The translations under genes were made by a program, and so were the position numbers. A stretch of 64,000 bases of DNA from a virus, in IMG/VR virus record IMGVR_UViG_3300042543_000303, positions 9,961 to 73,960 of that record, one strand, 5' to 3'. This document shows positions 17,332 to 26,381 of this stretch, one piece after another. Below the pieces are notes generated by a model. The model made no database searches. It worked only from the letters and a program-made list of their open reading frames with translations, and was not told the DNA's origin. How positions within the stretch are numbered: the first letter of the stretch is position 1; every line of letters starts with the position of its first letter.

Positions 17332-18211
17332 TGCTAGTCTCCTCAGTAATCTTCTTGGCCTTTTCTTCATTGTTGCGAATCGCGGTTACCATCGAGTTAG
17401 TAAACCACTTTTCGTGATCCTGCAAACGGTCATAAAGCGCCTGATCAAAGACAGCCTTTAGACAACCAACGGCACTAGCAGACACTTCCTGCCAGATTCG
17501 ACCAGTGATGTATGGAACCGGTACGCCATCTGTTGCGTACTCAAGACTTTCGGCTGCCGCATAGTGCTGCTCATAGATGTGCAACGAACCAACGTGGTGC
17601 GCGTACGTCCCGGGCTCAATGCCTAGCACTGACGCAATCGCAATCTGCACGCGCGTAAACTGAAACCAGTCATATGCGGCGCCGAGCCAAATATCATTCG
17701 AGCGCATGTACACACTCATGTTGAGCTTGCCGTTACGAATGCGGAACTGATGCAGCACCGTGCACGGATAGTCGCGCTTACTTGGCTGCAGATCGAGCTT
17801 TGGGTCCCAGATGGTTACGACCGCCTGCCGCGTATCCGGGTCTTTCTTAAGCCGTTCAATGACGTGCTCGTATTGTCCCCGAGTGCGCGGGCCGTACGCT
17901 CCATGAAACAGCCCATTGTTCTCAGCGTAGTTCGCGAACTGCGGGCCAACCGCAATCACAAGCTCAGGAGCGCTCACCCCCGCAAGAAGCTGCAGCGACT
18001 CAACTGACGCAATACCCGGCACCGCACCGCGCTTAACACCAAGTGGCAGTGTGTTATACACGTCATCGATGACGATCACCGCGTCCTCAATCTCGCGCGT
18101 CTTCATTCCACGCGGCGCGACTTCGTCACCGTTCTCAAGCACCCAACGAACAACGTCGACGTACCCGTTGACTCCGTCGGCAACGTGCTTAATTTTCATT
18201 GCAGGATCCAC
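17321..18211 (-). CDS. thymidylate-synthase homologue, Asp-type (probable dCMP hydroxymethylase/methylase)
   Basis: AYGPR, DTRQAV, catalytic PCT, RSNDIWLGAAYD (Asp where ThyA has Asn177), SLHIY. Confidence 0.88.
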   Translation of the reverse strand: MDPAMKIKHVADGVNGYVDVVRWVLENGDEVAPRGMKTREIEDAVIVIDDVYNTLPLGVKRGAVPGIASVESLQLLAGVSAPELVIAVGPQFANYAENNGLFHGAYGPRTRGQYEHVIERLKKDPDTRQAVVTIWDPKLDLQPSKRDYPCTVLHQFRIRNGKLNMSVYMRSNDIWLGAAYDWFQFTRVQIAIASVLGIEPGTYAHHVGSLHIYEQHYAAAESLEYATDGVPVPYITGRIWQEVSASAVGCLKAVFDQALYDRLQDHEKWFTNSMVTAIRNNEEKAKKITEETSNGE

Positions 18212-19221
18212 TGAGCGCTCCCTTGTATCTCTTCGCCACGAGCGAGTCGCTCGATAGCCTCACCGTATTTTGCCTTGTCGCTAGAATGAAAACGTCGAAC
18301 GTACTGCGGATGCGCCAGCGTTCCGGCCATCTCAAATTCAAGACCAGCGTCAATCGCAGCCCGCTCGGCCTCGCGGCCTAGCGAAATTACTCGCGGGTAA
18401 CCAAGCGCCGACCATAAACCGTGTAGACGTTCAGTGTCGGCAAGATCGTTCGCGTTGACGATACCGAGCTTTGGCCAGGCCTTCTCGGGCAGCGAGTCAA
18501 GAAGGAACTCGCCTGAGTTGCCGCCAACAGGCATGAATGGGAGACGGGTCTCGTCGCCGTACAGCTCGGTGACATTACGCTTGTCTCCAAGAATAAGAGC
18601 GCGTGGAGTTGTTGGCCCGATGTACTCGGGGTACTCAGTGCGCAGCTTAAATGTCTGCCGCGTAGAGAATCCCGCGCGATCAACCACGGCCTTCGCAATT
18701 CCGCGCAGACTAGAAGTATCATTTGGTTCTGGCACCAGACGCTCGACCACGGACGGGGCAACAGTCATACCAAAGTCATAGCGCTCAACGATCGCGTCGA
18801 GTTCGCCGACCGATACAAAATCATCGCCGCGGGACTCAAGGCGTGTTCGAAGAACATCGAGCGGCTGGCTGAGAATCCACGTTGTCGCTCCGCGGGACAT
18901 AAGAAAAAGCTCAACCCATCGCCAGCCTGCGCGCCCGAGTAAACCGTACCCGTCTTTGTTTGTGTGAGGGCGCTTGAGCGGTGCGTACGTGACCTCGCCC
19001 CAGTGCCAACGGTCCGCGACGATACACGCTCCAGACGTCGCGAGTTCGTCAATCGACAAGACGTATTCATTGAGCACCCATCGCCGCGATTCCTCGAGAG
19101 GGCGACCCTTATGAAAATGGTGCGCGCTATGAACTCCGCACGACACGCTTAGGTGGTGCTCGAGCGCTCCAAGCATTGAGCTCTTACCGGCCGCGTCTGG
19201 GCCTTCGATGATGATAAACAT
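18196..19221 (-). CDS. dNMP kinase fused to a uracil-DNA-glycosylase-like domain
   Basis: N-terminal IIEGPDAAGKSS and DRWHW.E..Y; C-terminal LILGDK, PF...SGEFL, VISLGREA, HPQY. Confidence 0.75.
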   Translation of the reverse strand: MFIIIEGPDAAGKSSMLGALEHHLSVSCGVHSAHHFHKGRPLEESRRWVLNEYVLSIDELATSGACIVADRWHWGEVTYAPLKRPHTNKDGYGLLGRAGWRWVELFLMSRGATTWILSQPLDVLRTRLESRGDDFVSVGELDAIVERYDFGMTVAPSVVERLVPEPNDTSSLRGIAKAVVDRAGFSTRQTFKLRTEYPEYIGPTTPRALILGDKRNVTELYGDETRLPFMPVGGNSGEFLLDSLPEKAWPKLGIVNANDLADTERLHGLWSALGYPRVISLGREAERAAIDAGLEFEMAGTLAHPQYVRRFHSSDKAKYGEAIERLARGEEIQGSAQWILQ

Positions 19222-19284
19222 CGGCGTCCTTTGTCGTTAGGTATGCAAAGTAATTATACCACTACGCGTGCGATTTGCGAATGG

Positions 19285-19755
19285 CTAGGGTATAACCTCG
19301 ACTCGGTACACGGCTTCAATGCGCTCGTCTGCCGCCGCAGCGGTGTCGAGTAGTCGCTGAGCAACGTTGGTCAAGTACCTGGCGCCGCTCTGGTCATACT
19401 TGTACAGAGCCTCGAGTACTGCGTCCGGGTCTTCACTTACCTGCGCCCAGTACCGATGCTTCTCCGGGAAGACCATTTGCGCTTCGAGCGACGGGTTGCA
19501 CTCTCCGCACGGGATCGCGCTGTCAGCAAGCTTACCAACAGATGATTCGTGCAAGCCGTAACGCTTTACGAGAGGGCATGCCGCGCCGTGGTAGACAAGC
19601 GATACTCCCACGCGCGACAAAATATAAGAACCGCTTTTTGTCCTGTACAGCTCAAACTCGATCCACCGGTCCGATCCGCGGCGCCACGAGGTAGAAGACC
19701 CGAGAAGCTGCCCATCAAATTGCAGCTTACGCGACCCGTCTCGTACTTCAAACAC
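19285..19755 (-). CDS. conserved actinophage hypothetical protein (H..C, CxxC)
   Basis: GGAGA RBS; RW.E..LYRT..G.Y pattern. Confidence 0.7.
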   Translation of the reverse strand: MFEVRDGSRKLQFDGQLLGSSTSWRRGSDRWIEFELYRTKSGSYILSRVGVSLVYHGAACPLVKRYGLHESSVGKLADSAIPCGECNPSLEAQMVFPEKHRYWAQVSEDPDAVLEALYKYDQSGARYLTNVAQRLLDTAAAADERIEAVYRVEVIP

Positions 19756-19811
19756 TGCGTCTCCTACGTTTTATGTCAGATATCTCTCTGTACATGGATA
19801 CTCTATACTGG

Positions 19812-20015
19812 CTATACGGACTTATTGGAGTTAGACTTGCCTTCGAGCTCGGCGATTTTCCTGTCTTTTTCCTCAAGTTCCTTTGAAAAATGGACTTTTA
19901 GCACCGCGAGCTGGGTTTCGTACTGAGTAGTTAGTTGGCCAATTCGCGCCTGAAGTTCCTGCGCGACAAGCTCAATTGTGTTGTCTGGCGTCGCGTCTTG
20001 ATTCTTAATCGTCAC
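19812..20015 (-). CDS. small coiled-coil protein
   Basis: 67-aa heptad-rich ORF with RBS. Confidence 0.6.
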   Translation of the reverse strand: MTIKNQDATPDNTIELVAQELQARIGQLTTQYETQLAVLKVHFSKELEEKDRKIAELEGKSNSNKSV

Positions 20016-20024
20016 TGAGGCTCC

Positions 20025-20264
20025 TTAGCTAACCGACGTGCCAGATGAAAGAGCAGCAAGTTTAGTCTCGAGCACGCTCTTCTTAAGTTGAAGATCGTCG
20101 ATCTGTCCCTGAATATCCGCAACATAGCCTAGGTTTGGCTCGCTGATCGCGGTTTCCATGAGCACGTCTAGCTCGAGGTTGTACATTTGGTACGCCGTAT
20201 TCTTGATTTTGGAGCGAATCGACGACGCCTTTTCCTCGTCGGAAAGTTCGCTAAAGTCATCCAT
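20025..20264 (-). CDS. small coiled-coil protein
   Basis: 79-aa ORF with AAGGA RBS. Confidence 0.6.
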   Translation of the reverse strand: MDDFSELSDEEKASSIRSKIKNTAYQMYNLELDVLMETAISEPNLGYVADIQGQIDDLQLKKSVLETKLAALSSGTSVS

Positions 20265-20340
20265 AATTCATCCTTTACTATGCTCGAATAGCGCCAGTGA
20301 TTCTAATTGTACCGCGTTTCTATCGCTGTTACCCCGCATT

Positions 20341-21087
20341 TCACCGATAGCTTTTCGGGGACCAGTACATTTTTTTGTACGCCTCTCCCATGAATAATTT
20401 CATGCCCTCGCCAGCATACTCATCAAACTCGCTAAGACTCGCGACACGATGCTCCCAACTTTCACGCTTGATCGGAATCACCTGCGCGACGGGCGTCCCT
20501 CTCGGGATCAACCCGTTGAAATCTTTCTTAAGGAAGAAAGGTAGATTTACAGGCACACCATACTTATCCGCTTCAACTACTCCTGACATCGTGTAGAATG
20601 GGAGCTCTATGCGATTCAACGGGTGTGTGTACAGAAGGCTATAACCTTTCGGCACTGTGATAGCCCAGTGAAAATTCCACTTATACGGCGCCGGTTCGTA
20701 CTCCTCGGGAGCTTGAAACCCTTCCATCTGCTTTGCCGCGTGCGTGTCAATCATGTTGGTGTTCGAGTCCCAGATGATGCGAGCCTCGTAGTACTGCGGA
20801 TCCACTACTGTCACATCGGTTGGAAGCGTGATCGTGTAACCAGTAAGCATCGAATCAAGAAATGGTTTGCATGCTTTTACCGTGAAATTGGTATTGTTCG
20901 GCGTCGAATTTTTGTCCGGGTATCGACTGCTTTTTGCCTCAGGGACAACGTACTTGCCGAGCGTTTGAAACCACTTTGGAACATTCTTACTTGCAGGCGA
21001 GGGGTGATCAAGTATTCGCTCGGCACGCTCCGTGTCAGGAGTAAAGGTTATTGTTCGCTTTAGAGGCAGCCTGCTAAAAGAAAACAT
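20341..21087 (-). CDS. DUF6065-like / dUTPase-like beta-fold protein
   Basis: K.C.PFLD.M..GY, W.I..P.GYS.L.THP.N, GVV..D, IPRGTP..Q.IP; likely start MFSFSR. Confidence 0.6.
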   Translation of the reverse strand: MFSFSRLPLKRTITFTPDTERAERILDHPSPASKNVPKWFQTLGKYVVPEAKSSRYPDKNSTPNNTNFTVKACKPFLDSMLTGYTITLPTDVTVVDPQYYEARIIWDSNTNMIDTHAAKQMEGFQAPEEYEPAPYKWNFHWAITVPKGYSLLYTHPLNRIELPFYTMSGVVEADKYGVPVNLPFFLKKDFNGLIPRGTPVAQVIPIKRESWEHRVASLSEFDEYAGEGMKLFMGEAYKKMYWSPKSYR

Positions 21088-21097
21088 GTGTTCTCCG

Positions 21098-21364
21098 TCA
21101 GTTGTTAGACACGTCATTAAGCTTTTCTAGGTTACGCTGCAGCGCAGTAATTCGCGCTTGGCAGTTTGTAAGTTCTTTTTCAATGAATCGAAGATGGTCT
21201 TTCTTTTCGTCTGCGTACTCGACGTCGTCATTTGTCAATTCTAGTAGAATAATATCCTGCCTGCTTCGCAATTTGTCCATGCACGCAGTCACTTCTTCTA
21301 TTTTATGCACAGTAATCCACCTTTTAGTGTGATTCTGCGCTTGTGTTTCTTCTTGATTTTCCAT
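21098..21364 (-). CDS. hypothetical coiled-coil protein
   Basis: Likely start MENQEE. Confidence 0.55.
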   Translation of the reverse strand: MENQEETQAQNHTKRWITVHKIEEVTACMDKLRSRQDIILLELTNDDVEYADEKKDHLRFIEKELTNCQARITALQRNLEKLNDVSNN

Positions 21365-21375
21365 AGATGTCTGCT

Positions 21376-23964
21376 CTACGACGCTGGAATGTTGGCAGAG
21401 AGCCCGCTCTGCGTACCGGTTCCACCCCACGGTGTTTGAGGAACTACTCGGTATCTAAACGCGCCGGAAACGGGCGGATTGGCGTAGCTGTCTTGAAACT
21501 GAGTGTTAGTGGTAGATCCAACCTCAGTGCCCGCGGACGTGCCCTGCCCTCGAAACACTGTGTAGCTGACCGTGCCTCCTCCGTTAGCATTGGACGCGCT
21601 CCAAGATATGTTGACATTATTGTTTGTGTTGTTAGCTGAACCGCCGGGCGTCCCCGGAGCTCCAGGCGCTGCGCCTGTAGGTGTTGTAATAGAGCCAAGC
21701 GCTTCGACAGTGTTAATGCTATTTGTCATGCTAACTTTGTAGTAGTATGTCGTGTTTAGCGCAAAGTTTCCTGCGTCCAGCACGGACAAAAGCTGATTAT
21801 TAGTGTTGGTTGTTCCGCCCGCAACGCTGCCGATGCTTGTCTGCGGGTTGGTGTTTTGTCCGCGGAAAACGGAATAGTTTGGAGTATTTCCGCTTCCAAT
21901 ATTTCCGCTGAAAATAACAAGAACTTCCCTAGCATTGCTTGACACTATAGGCAAAACGTTCACAGTCGGCTGCGTCACCGCCAGCTCGGATGATACAGCA
22001 CTCCGCAAGCCAATGGCGCTTAGATTAACGTTCCCTGCGGCGAGCGTGTTCTGTGGAACTACTCTATAGTAGTAGCCTGTCGCACTGCCGGCGATGTTAT
22101 CTGTAAAAGAAGTGTTAGCGATAAGACCAGACCGGTCTGTTGCAACGTTAGCGTCGTTTTGTCCGCGATACACGCGGTAGGAAAGATCACTACCCCCTCG
22201 AGCATCAGCGGCCGTCCAGTTGATCGTCGCTTGCGCGTTCGTAGCGTTAATGGTAGGGTTGCTAAACGCGGGGGTCCCGGGCGTGCTTGGAGAAGAATTT
22301 AGAACAACTTCAACGTACGGTCCAGCGCCTGCGCCGTTAACTGCTCGCACTCTTACTCCGCATTTAGAACCGGAGAAAATACTTATGTCCGAGCTGGTGC
22401 TTGTTCCGTTGCTTGTCCAAATGTCATCAAAAGCGAATGAGCCGCCGGTGTCATCAAGATCGAAATCAAACTCATATCTGGTGATGGGGGTTCCAACGTC
22501 CGGAGCGCCCCAGGCAATGTTCCAGGTAATTAAACTACCAGAAGACCCGGCGGAAACGGCAGCCTGTCGCGGGTTAGTCACAGTGACGTTTTTAACAGCG
22601 GAAGGCACGCTCTGATGCGTGTAACTAACGCTACCTGGGAATCCGTACTGGCCATCATAGGTTGCTCGTGAGATCGGACTAACGGTCACTGAGTACGCTC
22701 TGCCGGAAGTAAGTCCGCTCATTGTGATGCTTGTCCCAGTGGTAAATGCTGAGAAGTCGTCAACACCGCCCGCGGAAGCTCTAACCCAGTAGCCATTAGC
22801 GGTGCTCCCGCTCCAAGACACTGTCGCCGTAGTTGCCGTAGCGTACACGGGCGTGCTCACTGTTGGCGTAGACGGGTAAAACATGTTTGACTTAGTAAAC
22901 GCGCTAGGAGAAAGCGCCGGAGAAGAACTTGTTCCTCCGCCGGTAAACACTAATGTTCCGTTGGTTAAATCCACAGGGTTAGCGACGGGTATCCACCCGT
23001 TAAAGATAGAAGGCGCCGTTGTCGACGGCGCCGCGGAGGCAGCCGCCACCGCGGTTAGCGGGTTCATCGTGACCCGGAACCGCGTGTTTGCCGCGTACGA
23101 CGCGCTGGGGTGCGTCTTAATTTGGTACCCGCCAGACTGCCACGCGGTGTACGTTTCAATGTAGCTGGTTGTGACTGGGTTTACAACAAAAACGTCTACA
23201 ATGTTGCTGTTGTTCGTAAAAACTATCTCCATTTCAATGTTTGGAGTAGAAGGTCTCTGATTTTCTGGAATGTCGTCTCTCCACATTTGATGATAGATAC
23301 GAAACGTGGTCAGGTCAGACTTGTACCATACTTCATAGTGTCGAAATTGCCCGCTGAAGTATCGAAGAATTCTCGCAGTAAGAAGATCAAATGCCGTGGC
23401 AGAAGGAAAATTGCCGTTAGAGTCTGGGTCAAGCATGATAAAGGCGTTTGCGTTGACGCCAAGTGATACGCCGAACGAAAACGTGTAGTATGGATTTGGC
23501 ACTGGTAGAATAATGGAAGCAGATGGAACTGCGGTAGACGCGCGCTCATTGGTACCGGTTATTAGGCATCGAAGAAACCTGCCAATATCCGTGTCTTGAA
23601 CTGTGTATGACAAACCAGTCGCACTGGAAATGTTGCTGTATGTGCCGCCTAGAGTGGGCGCACTCTGCCATTGATATGCGACAGCGTCGGGGCTTCTGTA
23701 GTCTGAAAAATCCCAGAAAAAATAATCGCTAAGCGACACTGTAAACCCGGGGACAGGGGTTCCTGTGACAAATGGCGTAGAGACGTTATCCGGCGGGTCA
23801 GGGTAGACAACTTGCCAAAACCCTCCCGGGTCAGGGCCTCTCCAGGCTGAGATTTTTTTCGCCAGGTACCAGTCAGTTGTTGGAGCACCAGTCGCTGTCG
23901 TCCTGAAAACTTTGAGCCTCTGGGCCAGATCCCAGACGTTATTTCTAAACACCTTAAATGACAT
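21376..23964 (-). CDS. minor tail / receptor-binding protein with Ig-like and several fibronectin type III domains
   Basis: YQWQ...YTV...D.G..LRC Ig unit; repeated P.AP...W.A...G....Y.V FN3 units. Confidence 0.8.
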   Translation of the reverse strand: MSFKVFRNNVWDLAQRLKVFRTTATGAPTTDWYLAKKISAWRGPDPGGFWQVVYPDPPDNVSTPFVTGTPVPGFTVSLSDYFFWDFSDYRSPDAVAYQWQSAPTLGGTYSNISSATGLSYTVQDTDIGRFLRCLITGTNERASTAVPSASIILPVPNPYYTFSFGVSLGVNANAFIMLDPDSNGNFPSATAFDLLTARILRYFSGQFRHYEVWYKSDLTTFRIYHQMWRDDIPENQRPSTPNIEMEIVFTNNSNIVDVFVVNPVTTSYIETYTAWQSGGYQIKTHPSASYAANTRFRVTMNPLTAVAAASAAPSTTAPSIFNGWIPVANPVDLTNGTLVFTGGGTSSSPALSPSAFTKSNMFYPSTPTVSTPVYATATTATVSWSGSTANGYWVRASAGGVDDFSAFTTGTSITMSGLTSGRAYSVTVSPISRATYDGQYGFPGSVSYTHQSVPSAVKNVTVTNPRQAAVSAGSSGSLITWNIAWGAPDVGTPITRYEFDFDLDDTGGSFAFDDIWTSNGTSTSSDISIFSGSKCGVRVRAVNGAGAGPYVEVVLNSSPSTPGTPAFSNPTINATNAQATINWTAADARGGSDLSYRVYRGQNDANVATDRSGLIANTSFTDNIAGSATGYYYRVVPQNTLAAGNVNLSAIGLRSAVSSELAVTQPTVNVLPIVSSNAREVLVIFSGNIGSGNTPNYSVFRGQNTNPQTSIGSVAGGTTNTNNQLLSVLDAGNFALNTTYYYKVSMTNSINTVEALGSITTPTGAAPGAPGTPGGSANNTNNNVNISWSASNANGGGTVSYTVFRGQGTSAGTEVGSTTNTQFQDSYANPPVSGAFRYRVVPQTPWGGTGTQSGLSANIPAS

Positions 23965-23978
23965 GACAACCAGACCCG

Positions 23979-26381
23979 TCAGAATTCAATGTGTATGTCT
24001 CCGGCAGTTCTGCCTGATGTTGGGGCAGTACCACCGTATGTTATCTTATTTGTCGTTGTTCCGTCCGTTGCGTTGCTGTAGCCTCCAGAGTTTCCATCCA
24101 CAGCGGTGCCGTTGACAGTGAAAGTGCCTTGGATATTTGTATTTCCTACTATTAGAATGGATCCGGATCCTCCGGTACTGATGTTGTAACTAGAAGCAAA
24201 CATTGAAATAGTAGAAGTTGCAGGACCAGTAGTCGCCAGATTAATTTCTGGGGGAAACCCGCTGGCCCCTCCGGGATCATAGCCTTCAATATTTAGGGTC
24301 TGATCTGTAGTAGGAGACGCACCAACCGTAAGATACATACGGGCTGGCACAACGGGGGATGAACTCGACCTTGCTATTTTTGATAGAGATGGCGTGACGT
24401 AGACAAATTCAAGCAGGTCAGATTTAGCCCGGCCATCTACATTAGACATTCTAATAAAGTTATTGTTTGCTCCGACCGCAGTCTGGAAAGAATTCGCAGT
24501 AATGCCGCCGGAAAAAGTTCCATTCGCGCCAACCAGGGTCCCAGAGATGTTTAGGCTACTGCCATTCCATTCAACGTATTTGGAAGAGCCTCCAACTCTA
24601 AACTCGGCTGTGGCGCCAGTCTGGCTGAGGGTCCAGTAGTTGTTGGAGTTCAAGAACAACCCATCACGGACAGACATCACGTCTTTGCCGAAAGCGTACG
24701 TGGTGCCTTGGATAGTCAACTTTCCCTTGACGGTCCCCCCGGTGGGGTTAGTTTCGCCTTCGAATGAAGCCGTGCCGTCAGACGCTCTGATATAGAAGAT
24801 TGGATTGGTAGCGGTGCCCTTGTAGCCGAAAATGCCGTCTGATGTCATCTCCACTCGGGTATTGGAGTCGGCAGTTTTGAAGGTGCCTCCCCCGGTGAGG
24901 GTAATATCCCCGCCGGTCAGTTTAAGAAGACCAGAGACTGTGTCGTAAGTCAATTGCTTGGTGCTTGACCCGACGCTAAACGCGGTTGACCCTCCAGTGT
25001 TCGACACCGTCCAGTGATTGTTGGCGTCAATTCTGAGGCCGTCTCGGTTCGACAGAACGTTCTGCCCGATCTCGATTCTGTCTACTGCCCCGGCGATAGC
25101 GCGAATACTAAGTTTTCCCTTTATCACGCCGCCGGTAGGGTTGGTAGTTCCCTCAAAGTTGACCGCGCCACCCTTAGTGACTGTCAACCCCTCAGTGCCA
25201 GAAGACCCAGCCTTGAAAATAAGACTGGTAGAGCCTGTAACCGAGTTGGGGCGGTACCAGTAGTTGTAAGGGCCTAGGCGTATGCCGTCTTCTGCCTCGG
25301 TAGGGCCGACATCGGGTCCAATCAAAAGTGCTTCGTCGCCAGTACCGACTTTAAGTTGTCCAGATATGCTCAGACGATCAATGCTGTCAGGTGTGTTGAA
25401 TTTGATAAATTCCTCAGTGTCTCCGAGAAAGAACGAGCCTTGAGTCGCGTCGAGGCGGAACAGTGCCGGAAGCGATGACTGTGAAGCCGAGTCAAGACCA
25501 TAGGTCTCGCCGTCAGGGTTGCTTAGCACTGTGATTCCGGCGTAGAAGGTAGAAGAAAAATCAACCTCCGCGCCTTCGTCGTGCGCCGCGGACGACCCGG
25601 AGACACCGCGCACAACAGCTAGGGTTGTCCCAGTTCGCGCAGTTACGAGAACTACTTCCTCGTCAGGAGTCCCCGCGTCGATCTTTAAGTTGTACGTCAC
25701 GGCGGGCGACGGCAAACCAGACGCATCCGCTATCGTCAACGTGGTAGCCGAGCTAGTTATCGCCGCAGCAAGCTCACTGCTAAACTCGATATCTCCAGAC
25801 CCGCCCGAGATCTCGAGGCGCGAAAAGCCTTCAGACGTGGGGTACTGGCCTACACGGATGATCGCAGCCGCGTCAAGCACACCAGTTGCGATCTTACCCG
25901 CGTTAAGAAAACGAAATGCCGCGTCGCCAAAAAGAGCCGGCTCCCACGAGTCACCGTCCCACTGGTACGGAGTGTACTTAGGCCGCCCGTCGGTGTCCAG
26001 CGACGTGTCGTACCAGATGTCATCAACTTGATACGTGCCTTCGTCTGGCCGCGTAGCACTAAAGAATAGAGAGTTCTTGCCATTAGCCGCGTTGGTAGAA
26101 AACGTCGCCGACGAGACTAACGCGTCAGTGATGCCGAAACCCTGCTCCTCCGTTGTATCTCCAGTGGAATCACCGCTGCTGTATGTCTGCTGTAAAAGAG
26201 TGAGCAATTCAGGGCTCAGCTTGTCAAGAGTGATCAACCCCGGAGCAAGCATGTCCGAGGTAACACTCCACGAGTCAATGGAAGAACGTGGCCGCCGCTC
26301 GACAGACTTAAGGCGACGGTCAAGATCGTTGAGGTTCTGTCCGAGGTCTTTCTTGGCAGTCCTACGACGACTGGTTGCCAA
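23979..26381 (-). CDS. tail fibre / minor tail protein
   Basis: N-terminal LDRRLKSVER, DIWYDT, internal repeats, C-terminal TAPT...GDIHIEF. Confidence 0.75.
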   Translation of the reverse strand: MATSRRRTAKKDLGQNLNDLDRRLKSVERRPRSSIDSWSVTSDMLAPGLITLDKLSPELLTLLQQTYSSGDSTGDTTEEQGFGITDALVSSATFSTNAANGKNSLFFSATRPDEGTYQVDDIWYDTSLDTDGRPKYTPYQWDGDSWEPALFGDAAFRFLNAGKIATGVLDAAAIIRVGQYPTSEGFSRLEISGGSGDIEFSSELAAAITSSATTLTIADASGLPSPAVTYNLKIDAGTPDEEVVLVTARTGTTLAVVRGVSGSSAAHDEGAEVDFSSTFYAGITVLSNPDGETYGLDSASQSSLPALFRLDATQGSFFLGDTEEFIKFNTPDSIDRLSISGQLKVGTGDEALLIGPDVGPTEAEDGIRLGPYNYWYRPNSVTGSTSLIFKAGSSGTEGLTVTKGGAVNFEGTTNPTGGVIKGKLSIRAIAGAVDRIEIGQNVLSNRDGLRIDANNHWTVSNTGGSTAFSVGSSTKQLTYDTVSGLLKLTGGDITLTGGGTFKTADSNTRVEMTSDGIFGYKGTATNPIFYIRASDGTASFEGETNPTGGTVKGKLTIQGTTYAFGKDVMSVRDGLFLNSNNYWTLSQTGATAEFRVGGSSKYVEWNGSSLNISGTLVGANGTFSGGITANSFQTAVGANNNFIRMSNVDGRAKSDLLEFVYVTPSLSKIARSSSSPVVPARMYLTVGASPTTDQTLNIEGYDPGGASGFPPEINLATTGPATSTISMFASSYNISTGGSGSILIVGNTNIQGTFTVNGTAVDGNSGGYSNATDGTTTNKITYGGTAPTSGRTAGDIHIEF

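Noticed and set aside
17321-18211. Annotation as canonical thymidylate synthase (thyA)
   Set aside because: It has Asp at the Asn177-equivalent position and sits in a modification-type gene context.
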